A stretch of DNA of 64,000 nt, taken from the NCBI GenBank assembly GCA_030141605.1, contig JAQGDQ010000099.1, positions 79,194-143,193 on the forward strand. Reading direction: 5' to 3'. This document shows, piece after piece, positions 28,041 through 41,500 of this stretch. The notes beneath the pieces were generated by a model. That model searched no databases, was not told the origin of the DNA, and saw nothing but the letters and a program-made list of their open reading frames with translations. Source of the DNA: Tubiluchus corallicola. Taxonomy: Eukaryota; Animalia; Priapulida. The position numbers and the translations under genes are program-made. The stretch's first letter is position 1. Each line of letters begins with the position of its first letter.

Positions 28041-31000
28041 CTTCTGTCCGTCGAAGCCGCCAAACCATTATCAGCAAGTCGGCTTGTAGTGAAGAAGTAA
28101 AGTGATGAAGTATCTGTATGACGTAGTGAAGGAAATATAAATCTGTCAGTTCTGTCAGATGACCCAAGTCTAAGTCTTGGAAACTTCTCCAAACTTCCTA
28201 CGTGCAGTCCCTACTGTCGTGTAATTAGGCTAAGCATTTTATCATTCAGGAAACGGTAATTAAAACCACTTTTTAACTGTTAATCGTTGTTGAAATCCAA
28301 TTTTTGCAAGGAACTATTGAAACGATTTTAGACGTTGTATTTTAGACGTGGCCAGTGCATGCGCACATCCCACAGTCTCTACTCTCTATGAAGCTAACAT
28401 TCAACTGTTGTCTACCATGTTCGTCCATTATATCAAGTCAACCATTTCAGCATTTTCAACGTTAGATTGCTCATATGAGGAATTGCGTAATTTTGACATT
28501 ATGATTAGAAACAATTAACAGCAATTCATTCGCGCAGTTTTTTTTATTATAAGGGACGCTTGCTCAGCTGCAACATGTAAGCCTCTCGCTCTGTAGAGTT
28601 AATTTTTTCAACTAATACATCAGTCATTCTTTATTATGAGTAACTAATGTTTTATTCAGTTCTAGTGGCTTACTCCACTGCTAGTCCTAGCTTAAAAAGA
28701 CAATTTTGCAGATGCAGCTTTCTTTAAGTTTCTTGCAACGTTTCGAGGTTGAGAAATGTTGCTCTGGGGGTTAAACGACCTTGGCACCGTAGATCCTCTG
28801 CTGATTTTTAATTAAAATCTTGTTCCTATAGGCCTATAGGCTATAACGCTTCATTTGCTTAAACATCATTTTCAACCGCTCAGCTACCGCAGAAGAAATT
28901 ACAGGAAAATGTCACGCACGCGCAAATACAGGTGCTGTCCTCAACAGTTAACACACCACAAACTGTTTGTGTACCCTGATAACTGTGTCACTATACGTGT
29001 ATTCACGAATTGACGCACAAAAACAATACTAAGTTAGAAAGTGTGAAAAAAAATTGCACCTCACTGCCACTCGAACCCAAGACCTTTTGCTTTCAATTTC
29101 TCTCGAAAAATTCTTGCAATGAGAAAAATTAAAACGTACCAGCCATCTTACTGGTGGAATTCTAACATTAACGAAGCAGGTCTGGTGATTACACAGTAAC
29201 TCCTAATGTTATCATTTAATTTTAATTAATTCAAAAGCATATAGTCCATAGCACAGATAAAATTTATTACAATAAAATAACCTTTGACTTCCAATAATAT
29301 ACGCTTGAAATTGCAATAAAATCTAATAGAATCTGGCAGTTTGTATTTATAAAAGCAATGAACCACACATAAACACTCTTCTAGAACCCCATAAATTAAA
29401 CAACTAATCAATCAATAAATCCAGCCTTATTAGTACTCACTGTTGTTATAGTCCTCTATGAAATTAATAAACCAGGTCAATCCGTCCATACAAAATAACA
29501 GAATACCTTGTAGAAAATGAATTTTACAAGGATCTCAATACCAGAAACCTATGAAATAACAAACTTGTATATATTGTAATTTATTTTAGTATGTAGTATA
29601 AATTTGATTCTATTGTAATTTTATTGTATCGCATTTAATAATGTAGGCCTACTGTAACTTCGGTACGAAATAAGAAAATAGTTTCTTTTCGATTTATTTA
29701 TTACCGATCTCGTTTCCTGAGCCCAAAGATGTTATAATATAACATAACTGGTCGATGAAAAGATTCAACAGATATTTTTGTAAACAAACAGCTTGGTCAC
29801 TCCATCACACGTCATTACCATAATAATTATTATCATAGCCAGTGGAGGTCAGACGATCTTGACAAACCATTTTGCTTACAAAGTCAAGGTCGCTGTGTAT
29901 AATCATTTACCAATAATGTTGTTTTGTAATTCCTGCTGCTTCTATGACGCACGCAGAAGCAGAAACAGCATCAGAGATGCGTAAAACTGCCATCACGGTC
30001 AGAGAATGCAATATTCGCTATGCGGAACTGCATGCCGCATTCCAGCTTATAAACTCGTCAAACAAATTCATGCAATAGTAAATTAATGCTAATAAAAAAT
30101 CCGTGCCATTTGCTGCTAACTTTTTATGTTTCTTAAGATGCTCAAGAGAAACTGAATGTGCAGAATGAAAATGACGTTTACCGGATATCCGAAATGCGAT
30201 ATGCATTTCGTTTCCTTTGATATCAAAAGTGAAAAGATTTTTTCATAAATATTATTTATTTAAAAGCCTCAATTCATTTTTATTCAATTTTAAAAGAAAA
30301 CCGAACGATTGATTAGACTCAATCTCATTTTAATTTAATGTCCAAAATATACATTTTCTTGCCTATAAAAGTTAACAATTGTTTCTTATATTTGAATAAT
30401 TAGCTTAGAAGGCATGTGTGACGGCGTATTTCTTATATGCTCCCCTAGTATAAAACCTGGCTACGCCCCTGTATTCTATCACTATTAAACTGAAACTCTA
30501 CACTGCACAAAGCATTATAATTGGACGAAAAACAACAGCAATGTACCGAACCTGCAATTAGGCCTTATAATGCGACCATCCTGAAACTTTGAGTTGAAAT
30601 AAAAGACAAAATAGGCGATTCAGAAAGAATGTGACCAGCTTAGATTTGCAAAAAAGTTGAATGTAGCACGAACAGGCCCCATAATAAAAGGTTTTAATTG
30701 TACTGTTAAACTGTAACTGTAGAACTGCATTTCAAATGGTTTTAATTATTCTTGCAAAATTGTATGCAGTCTGAGTAAAGCAATAAGTGCAAATATGACA
30801 GAGAAAATAATAATACTACGCATGTCATACACGTATATATATAATATCATATATTTCATATGTATATATGTACATACTAAAATGTCACAATTATAACAAG
30901 TGTTTTTTATGTTCTACACAGTACCCAAACTACTCATCAATAAGCTTTCACGCAAAATGTTTTCTTAATTGTGATCATGTCTTTAAGCCAGTTATTTCTC

Positions 31001-31543
31001 AACTGCTTCAAATAACAACAGACAGTCTTTACTACAAAGCTGACAGAAATACTACACACATTTTAGTTACTAAAACTATGTAAAGTTACAAAGCCTAAAT
31101 ATGGCTTAATTCCTGACTACGTACTGAATTTAACACATTATAAATAGTTTATATTTAATAATAGTATGAAACTATTTCAATAAAAAACAAATTTTTTAAG
31201 AAACATCATATACAGTACGTCTTCAAAAATTCAAATAAAGGGTATCTTGTATTCAGATCAAATCTTGTGACAACATCAACAAACTCCCACTGCATTTATC
31301 TTTAAGGACAACTTTCCCTTCTTCAGCTATTACATCGACCTAACTTAATACCTAAAATGTTTACAGAAAAAGTATGTAAGTGCTTTGTAATACAAAATTT
31401 AACCACAATTCTTGGAAGCCAGTAGAAAAACATTACATTGTTATTTCCACTGATTTTGTAAGACTATTGATTCATGATTGGAATTACTTAAATTCATTAT
31501 TCACAAACCAAGTGCTCATAACTCTCGTTTGTTGAACGAAAGC

Positions 31544-34500
31544 TCAAGTGTAGAAATTTTTTGGCAGTTTGGAACGCCGGGTCCTAGTCGCAGCGATCGT
31601 CGGAAACGGAACGCTCTTCGGCGATTTCGGCATCTTGGTGGGAGATTCTGTTGGCTCGGAAGTCTCACTGCTTTTCCTGGGGCGCCCTCTAGTGGACCTT
31701 TTCGAAACGATGGGCTCGTCGATTATCGTCTTTTCGCTGGATGTATTAGACGTCGCATCTACGTCAAGTGCATCTTTTGCTTCAACATCAATGGGCTTCT
31801 CATCAATTTCCTTTTGAGTTTTCTCGGAAGCTGTCATTGCTGCTGCCTCTAACTGCTTTGTCATTGTATATGAATGAGGCATGAACAAATTTTCTGATGC
31901 TGCAGCTTCAGTTTCAGGCTGTTCTTTCTCTGCATCTCGGGAAAGTGATTCCTCGGTTTCCTTAGGTGCGTTAATTTCGGTATCGTCGGGAATTGATTCA
32001 CTAACGATGTCCGTGGTTGTCTTGAGTATAGTAGGTGGCTGCTCAGACGACGATTCCAAATTAGCATCGACAGTTGTCGGAACATTTTCCACTTTGGAGA
32101 ATCCATTATAAGCAACAGTTGTTGGGTAGGTCACTTTTAGCTGAGTTGCAATATCTGGTATCCCCGTATCTGCCTCCGTGTCTACTACTTTTGTAATTGA
32201 TGGTTCCGGTTCAGCTGTAACAGAAGATGCCAACAAAACTGCCAAATTTTCAGCGGGTTCAACATTTTCCACCAATGGTACTTCATTTGACACTGGCAAA
32301 GATCTAACATTGGTGACTGAATCTGGAGATGTTAAAAGAATGCCTTCTGTCTTGTTCCCTTGAGCAACAACTTCGCTTTGTAATTCACTGCTCGGTGTTA
32401 CCAGCTCAAATTTGTTATCAGCATCCACATTTGGTTCTAGATCGCCCGGTTTTTCTGTGGCGTGAGAGGCTTCAGTATTACTAGCTAAGCCACTCAGTGT
32501 CAGTGCACACTCATGCGCCGCCTCAAGTTCCTCGGCCGTCGGTTGACTGATAAGCGGTAAAGTACTTGAATTAATAGTCCCTGGTGTCATTTTAGCAAAA
32601 TCGTCAGACTGCGAAATATTTTCAGCAGTATCATTTCTCGTGAGTTTGTCTTTGGTTTCGTAGGTTAATGCAGATATCTGTGCAGTGGGAATAGTCACTT
32701 CAATAACATTGGTGTTTTTTACATCTGGTGTCACTGCCTCTACTATATGCTCCCGTAGTTGCGTCACTTCAGTCGCAAGAGACGTATTGGCTGGATGATC
32801 ACCCCTGCTGTCAGCTTTGTTTTCTTCTAGTAATTTCTCACCCACTTGAGGTTGCTTCAAGATGGCCGACATCTGCAGAGTCTGTTGCTGTTTTATTTTA
32901 GCATCAAGAATTTTACCAGCCATCAACGTCTGCAGTAGCTTGCTCTCACCCAGTGGAGGAGACTGACGCGCTTCTGTCTGCAACTGTTTGGGGATGTCGA
33001 TCGTTAATGGTCGCGTAACATTATCAGAACTGCCGGCAGCAGTGGACGTCATAACACGCACTGGAGCATAAACAACTGGGGTTCGTCGGACAGTACCTCC
33101 CGAGGTGCTGCCCAGGGTGGACAGTGTCCCAGCAGGGCCGGTTACTCGTATAGAATAAGCTTGTCCACTGCCAGCCACACCAGACTTCATATGTCCAAGA
33201 AGTGTAGCAATTGAGAGTGAATTCAATGAACCACGTGCAGTAGTTGCTGTTGATGATTGCCCCTGTCTTACAGTTACGGGTCGGCTCACTGATATGTGCA
33301 CCGTAGCCGGCTTTGGTTTCTCGCCACCAGAGGACACCAACCACGTGGGATTTTGCAAAGGTTTCTGTAATGGCTGAGAGTCTGTAACTGTCACTGCTAC
33401 CTTCTGAGTAGCTGATGGGGTAGTAATTGTAATGTCTTGATATTGTATCTTATGAACAGTTGGTTTTTCTGCTGACGTTTGATAGATTATGGTTGGCGTT
33501 GTTTTCACAGCAGACTGGCTAGGTTGAGCCACCGTTAGCTGCGTCTGTGTTGCACTGGTTGCACTGATAGCTGAAGCTGGAATGCGAACGCCTGCTTGCA
33601 GCAACTGATGAATGGCAGAACTACCAAGAGCTGCATTAGGTTTCTTCGTTGCAGAAAGATAAGACAAAGAACTGAAGTTTTGAAAGTATCCGATCGTCGT
33701 CTGCACACCGAGCCTCGTTGGTGTCGAGGTACCAGAAAGAGAACCACTCACAGTGTCTAGCTTGATGGGACTGCTGGTCGGAGACTGCAGATTATAGCTG
33801 AGGCCCTGGAGGAGACTACCAGGATGGATAATTGATGAAGCGGGCAAAGGTGTGGCAGTAGCGGGCTTCGTACGATATTTTGCCGGAACATCGGGTGTTA
33901 TTTTTAGAGGGGAAGATGTGGTACCAGTGGCTGGTCGCCCTCTCTTTACTGGAGCTGATCCATCTGTAGGGACAGTATCACGTCGCCGTTTATACGTGCG
34001 CTTCACTAAAACAGAAATAAGAAATTTATATAAGGAATGCTACTTTTGTAAAACCAAAACTTGGAAATAACCATTTCAATTTTTGAGCAGGTACTTCAAA
34101 TTTCAAATGTGAGCAGGTGTTCTCATGGCTCGCATTTTCCACAAGATGTAGGGTTGTCATTAATGCTTAATAAATTGCCATTTAAGACGTAACATCGTGT
34201 AAAGTAAGTTAGAAATTGTCATCTTTTGATGAAGGCTTTAAAAATTGGCTTCAGAAATTTAGTGAAACTATCTGAAAATTGATTCAGACAAATGCAATTC
34301 TGCAGCAAAACTCTAACTCTGCTAAATCAAGCAAGCTAACGATCCAATGCACATGTTTAGCAAACTACTTGCAAAACTTTTTTCCTAATTAATATTTTTG
34401 TTTTGAAAAAACTGACAAATTTATCTAACCACATAGGTTTTAAATTGACTATCCACTTAAGACTACATTACACACAAATGGGTGGCACAAATGATTTTAA

Positions 34501-35250
34501 ATCACGAAGACTGCCAAACTTTAATCAATTAAATATGAGTTAAAAACTTCATTTTCACAAGGACCGCAAAGTACAGCGCATCGTTGTTGTTACAATAAAT
34601 ACTATGGCTTCAGAACAAGTGAGCAAAGACAATTTTTAATATGAGGTAAAATGACAAGTTTATTGTTTATTTATTCCAAGCACCAATAGAAGAAGGGCGG
34701 TATATCTTATACAAAATTACATCTCATACATTATACCTTATCTTATACAATACCTTACACATTACACAATCTATAAATAGCACGGGATCAAAAAGATGTA
34801 GCCTAACAACTAATTGTGATCAGCAAATAATTGTCGGGTCATATCAGAAGTTAAACTTATAAGTCTTAAATATTTATGTAAGATCTAAGCCAAACATACA
34901 ATGTAAGATCTGAGCCAAGCAGGTAATATGGAGTAACGGGGGTGCAGGAGGTGCAAGATAAAAGGAAGGAAAGCCTGAAAGGTAATGAGTGTGAAGATGG
35001 TGAAAAAGATGATGAAACAATGGAGAATGACAAAATGCAGCGATTAGATTTTCATTACAATTTTGAAAGCATTAACAAGCCACGTTTTATGCCCTACTAT
35101 TCACTGTTGACGAGAAATACATATGTGCTTTCAACATAAACAATGAAAACAAAGAAACAATTTTGTGAATTCTCTAAAACTTTAATTTACAATTTTAAAG
35201 CAGTGTTCAGTGAAACAAAATTTGTTACCTACAAGTACAAAAAATTAAGG

Positions 35251-35281
<31 letters not shown>

Positions 35282-38200
35282 ATGATGCAAGCCAATTTAT
35301 TTTGTATTTTCACATAATACAGAAGTACATTATACATGTCCGATCAGAAAATTAATGACAGCTGTAATCAGGTGTGAACTTACCTTTACTTTTGTCACTC
35401 GAATCTTTCAATAACGCTTGTGAAAGTATGGATGTCTGCAGCTGAGAAGTGGAAGTCCATTTCACGGGTGTGCTCAATGCAGCCTTTACTCCAGGTGTTG
35501 TAACTTTGGGAGAACCGACTACACTTGTTTGCTTTGGAATAGACTGGAAAAAGTAAAGAAGAAATAATTTTAAAGTAAGATGACGAAAATAGATTTATAT
35601 GCTGCACATGCGTAGAGAGACTGGCATAAATTGTGAGGCAAACAAAGGTGCCACATTGTAATACAAACTCTGCTGTTAGGCAAAAAATTGGCACCATGTC
35701 ATACAACACGAATGGAGAACTGCATTCGACTATTATGGCACATTCAGACGTAGAGACTTCTCTCACAACTTGTTGCCCAACTTCTCTCTGAGAATAAAGT
35801 TGAACGGTGAACGGTTTAGCACTTATCTCACAACATGTTGCACAACAAGTTGTGAAAGAAGACGCTATGTCTGAATGCGCCCTTAGGCAAAAACAGCCTT
35901 TCACACTTTTGCTGTAATCTCTTTCTGTACAGCATTTTTTACTAGAAGCATAATTTAGTTGCGACTCAAAGAAACACTGAGTTAGTGTAACTGCTGTAAA
36001 AACTGGACGCTGAACCGTCTGTCAGTACAGAAACTCTATAAAAACCTGCTGAAATTTACAAATACACTACAGAAAAAAGTGGCAAGGGCCTATAAACTAC
36101 TTCACGAAACCATACTGGTACAACTAAGAGTATAGTAAGAATGATGATGACGAAGCTGTGTTGATGATGATGATGTGATGTTGATGATGATGATGATAAC
36201 ATTAACTTACGACAATAATAATGACGAATTTTAGGATGGTGTTGGTAATAATGGCAATGATAATGATTATGATGATCGTTTACGACGACAGCAATCACCA
36301 TAGTGGTGATGACAATGATGATGGTGACATTGACGGTGATAACGATGGTGATGATGGTGGTGATGAAGGTGATCATAATTAGGAAGTTGATAAAGATGGT
36401 GATGATGGTAATTATGTCCTGACAGAGTGTTGATGATAAAGATGATAATAGCGATGATGACACTCACATGAACAGCTGCACAGACATATATACATTAATT
36501 ACTCACCAGTGAAGTCGATTTAGGCGTAAAAGTTTTTGCGCCAGTGTCACTAGAATCTTTCAGAGCTTGCTTCTTCTTCGGAGTGCGTCTCGTTTTCGAA
36601 AGGCCCATATGATCAGGAGAGGGCAGTTCCATCTCTGGAGTGGGAGCAGAAGACTGGGACAAAATGCCGCCCAGGAAGTCACTAATCTCATCCTAAATAA
36701 AATCAATTTTGGCCTACTGTAAACAACAGCATAGTCAAATTTAAAATGGCAGTAAAAGTAACGGTAAAGGTAAGGTAACGGTTTTCCATCTCAATAACGT
36801 ACAGTGAATAATCATCCTACTGCAAAGTATAGTTTACAATAATGTAATAAACCTGAACTGCAGCAACCGTAACTGTGACTGAGGTCGGCAGAATAAGCAT
36901 CGTTCTCATATCCATGGCTGGGGTTTCTTACCTTCTGTTGCTCGAAATGAGTATTTACAATCACTATGCATTGCTCTTTTCGGATTTTAGCCTTTGAGAG
37001 GAAAATTTCGCAATAAACCTGCTCACTTGGTGGTAGACATGTTCGAGAACAGAAGGAGTTCTGGTCTTTTTACTGTTTGGGTACATTAACTGATAGGATT
37101 ATAATTTTTCATCTAATAATATATAGACTTGTATACTCATAGAGTACACATAACGACAACTAGTGTATTTCTAGAGATCCAAAAGTGAATTTATGTGAGA
37201 ATAAAGACTGTAAGTAGTGTCTATTAATTTCTTTGTTGTCATCTCTATCCAAACGTGTATGATTAAGGTTCCGAACACGTTTCGTTAAAGCTTTTGAAGA
37301 GCCTACCATTGCAGTGGTACAATTGTTATATTTTTACTGATGTCCCATGACTGTACAAGTTAAGAAATCAAAACATTTCCATGCTGTACCAGTCTATGTA
37401 ACCCTGCTTGTACTAAAACAGCCGTATAACGAGTGATGGGTGATATTAGAAACCATAAGTAATCACAATCAGTAATCACTTCACTAGTCAATTACTTTTT
37501 AGAGAATAACATCTTCTAAATTAAAATACTACAGGCTTATAAAAAAGATGGTGGATGCACACTTTAGCATTGCAGTAAGCTTAAAACTTTGCAATTCACG
37601 GCAATCAGAATTATATCTTTGGCGAACTTTGCAACACATTTTCAAGTGTCTTATTTTATGACTGATACCTTTTCTTCAGTGGAAAAGACCAGATTTTCAG
37701 AAATAAAAAGCAAGCATTTAGCAGTCAAACACTGAGCGAAATAATACTGAACAAATGAAAAGAAATCATCTAGTAATCAAACATGGTGCAATTTTAGCAA
37801 GTAATCCATCAAATATAATCAATTACGCCACTATTTATAAAACCAATAAAGTGGTTCTCGTTTGGTATTTTGGTTGTGCTTTTAGAAACAAAGTTTTCCG
37901 TCAAGCGACGCACAGTAATGTTGTAATGCAAAATCATCAGTTAAAAGTTAAACTTGAACTTGAATGTCTCAATAGTTTGTGATTCAAAAGCTAAGTTCAA
38001 ATCACTGATGTATCTACAACTTTATATTATACTTGATGTAAATTAAATGGCAAAACTAGCAAATGGCCAGAAGAAAAGGTGAATAAACTGTTATTTGGAG
38101 CCAAGTCCCTAGGACGAAGTACCACTGCTCACACATTGTGAGGTACTTTGTTAAGATAATAGGAATGTTTGAATTCTTACAATGAAGATAGATCATTTTT

Positions 38201-38478
38201 CAGTGCAGTCCTCATTTATGGAAATCTACCAAAGTATTGCTGTTTTTAAACATCAAATTAAAACATTTTTCTTCTCAAATGTTTTTAACTTTTTGTTATT
38301 TTAATCTGTGTTTGTCTAACATGGTAAAGTTAGTCACTTAAGGGCTTACACATAATTGTGTACTTTACAGCATGGTTTGTAGATTTTTGTGAATTTTATA
38401 AGTTTGTACGCCAAAAAAGCATTTTGTACAGATTTTAGGCAACAGAATTATTATTATTATTGTTATTATTATTATTAC

Positions 38479-38542
<64 letters not shown>

Positions 38543-41500
38543 GTCTAATTTTTAAATACACCCTAATAAAACTGAGAGTAAACTGTATTCTAAGTAAAAG
38601 TGATTCCTCATACCAGACAGTAAAAGATGCTTTTCACATGCTAAGATAAATACAACTGTATAATGTGTATATGGCTCACAGCTTGTGCTTGCAGTGGAAC
38701 TGACACAGCATTGCACTGGTCATGGAAATAATTATGTAAAGTTTGTAAAGGCATAGTTATCGTGAATTTGGAGTGTCATGGAGGACATCACGGTGACATC
38801 ACAAAACTGATTTAAAATCACTAATGTCTAATTTCTCCATCTAATAAAAAACAATAACTACCAGAACACATCTGTCCACCATACTTTGCGTCACACCCTC
38901 CAGCTTCTTCTTTGCACGAGAGACACGGAGACAATCGTCAGCCCCTCCCACGATGACGAGACTATTATCGGCTTTGATCTTCTCCCGAAAATCCTCCATG
39001 TCATCCACATTGCATGTCGTTGAGTTCTGACCAATCACAAACAACAGTGGGACTCTACAGTCTAACAATGCATCATCCACATCCTAAAAGAACAATGGAC
39101 ATTGTTAATGAAAATGCCTCATCTTAAATGAATAGCTACTACCAAATGAACTAGTTACTAACAGCTTTAGATGTATTTGTCTTGGTTAAGTAATTATGAG
39201 ACTAACGACCTCACTAAATCATGGAAATTTCTGCATGGATGCAAAGATAATTTTATCCCATCCAATTTGTCCAATACGTGCCAAAAATGTTCAACAACCT
39301 TCCACACAGGACTGTGGTTTTCACGTTAACCAAAAACAGATCCACTAAAGCACAGAGAGTTTGGCTTTTTGGAAACTGCCTGGTAAAACCCCGAAACACA
39401 TTACCAGGACAGTGGATTCGGCTCAGAGCATGAATTGTTTCAAAAATCGACTAGAACACAGGACTGCCAGTCACTACTCTACACCATTTGCAGCCTTTGC
39501 TTATTATAGCATCCATGACTACGGTTTGCTGTCACTGTTCCTGCCAACATGGTGGCTCCTTTAAAATCTGATTTGTTAGTTGTCGATACTGACATTTTTC
39601 ATTTGAAAACACGATCAGCCTGATATCCCAAAGACTAATACTACGGCTGCAGAGACAGTAAATCGTAAATCGTAAAGTCACAATAACCACCGTTCACTAT
39701 GTTTCAAGAAGGGCTTAAAAATTATCAATTCTACAGTAGACGGATATTTAGTTCCTAAAATCCACATTGGAAATAAAACTCATGTAAGACGTCTGCATAA
39801 CCACCAGGTTTCAAGAAGGATTTAAAAATCCTCAGCTGTATAGTAGGCTAATATTTGAAAACTGTATTTTCTAGAAACTAATTTCATTACTCATAAATAC
39901 AAAAACTATCTGAATTGGCTAATAATGAAAGTACTAAAAAATAGTGAAAAGCAGCAACTTGAGATTATGCTGCTAAGTGCTTACCCCTCTACCACCAGTA
40001 ACACCAGTTATCGGAAATCCGAGGCAGACGACTGCTGCCACGTGCTCCACTAGTGCCACATGAGTGGAAACCAGCGATCCAATATTCCACCCCAGTAGCA
40101 CCACAGGCCTGTTTGGGAAATGACTCTTCAGCTGAACAGAAGAAAAATAATGCTGAGCAAAATGAACACTGCTGTAAGTCAAATAAAAATAAAAATAAAT
40201 GGAATGCATCAAATAAAATAAAACCATGTTTGCAAGAAGATCACAGAACAAACTCTGTCAGTAGAACAGTCTCAATTGACTTTGCCAACAGTCATGTAGA
40301 GTCTGATATTATTTTCTTTTGGCATCAAATATGTAAAGGCTTGGATATATCAAGGCTAACAGTGGAGATCAACAGCGTATCACCTAGTGACCCTTCAAAT
40401 AATTATGTGGAAAGCTCTCTTCTAACACAGTTAGTTAACCTCATGAAATCAATTTGTTTTTTAATGTATGACCTAATTTGTTTATATTTAGAACTTATTA
40501 TGAACTATACTTAAAAAATTCAGTTGTTTTGAAAGCTGATTAACATCAGTCCAAAATTTTTCCATCTACTTTAAATATGACGAAATGTAGCTCTTTCTAT
40601 AAAGTAAAATTTGTCTGCAAGAGCAGAACTAATTGTTGCTGAGGTTAATATGGTTTAAAAGACTTTTCCATATTTAAAGGAAAATAGGATGATCTTTCAT
40701 ATCTCACCCTATGTTGAAGAACGGTAAAAGGTATATTTTAACACCTATAACAATATCAAAGCATTTCTGATAATTAAATAATAAATTAAAAACTTAATTA
40801 ATGGCGAGCGAGGCCAACTAGTGATGACATCACAAATGAACATAATTCTCAACAGCATAAAACATTCCGTAAACATGTTGCACGTATTTGTGAAAGCGGA
40901 AATTAAAGTTCAGTGCTACTGTACAACATTCAGTGTGATATACAAAAATTCAGCAATTTTAAGTTTAAAATTCAAATTTCTAGTTTACAATGCATGAGTT
41001 CTCGAACGTGTGACCTACGTCACAACCAAACACATTTGAACTGAGAGGTACAGCAGCTGTTTTTTTGCAACGTGTTTCTGAGATATAGGCATTAGTATCC
41101 GTCTAACTAGCAAATGGTGGAATCCACGTAACAGCAAAGAACAGGCGGCGTGAACACTTAATAATGTTTCTTTGGTAATAACTCTTTCACGTAAGTCACT
41201 GTGGAAATTTCGGGTTGGTTTGAAACTTAATGAGTTTCACAAATGCATAAAATTACTAATTAAATAAATGTATAAATGATTATACAACCTCCAGCACTTT
41301 TGTGCGAACGGCACCCACCATATGTTCCAAACATTGAGCTATGCTTACACCATTGCCTCCACTCACAGTATGCATGGTAACTGGTATGACCTACAAAAGC
41401 ATAGGCAGCTACAAGTGTTTTCCTACTTGAAACTACTAATACAATTACAACAGTAAAAAATCTAATTACAATAATAATAGTTGTAAACATGCATAAATCA

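Noticed and set aside
29144-29165. CATCTTACTGG resembling the miR-8/miR-200 5p arm
   Set aside because: No TAATACTG-type 3p arm or hairpin follows.
31478-34070. Plus-strand ORFs overlapping the KANSL3 last exon (likewise ORFs antisense to NUFIP1 and PRCC exons)
   Set aside because: They are antisense or alternate-frame shadows of real coding exons.
35395-35904. 169-aa minus-strand ORF
   Set aside because: It is made of the MITE at 35736-35882, intron sequence and an out-of-frame reading of KANSL3 exon 35543-35384.
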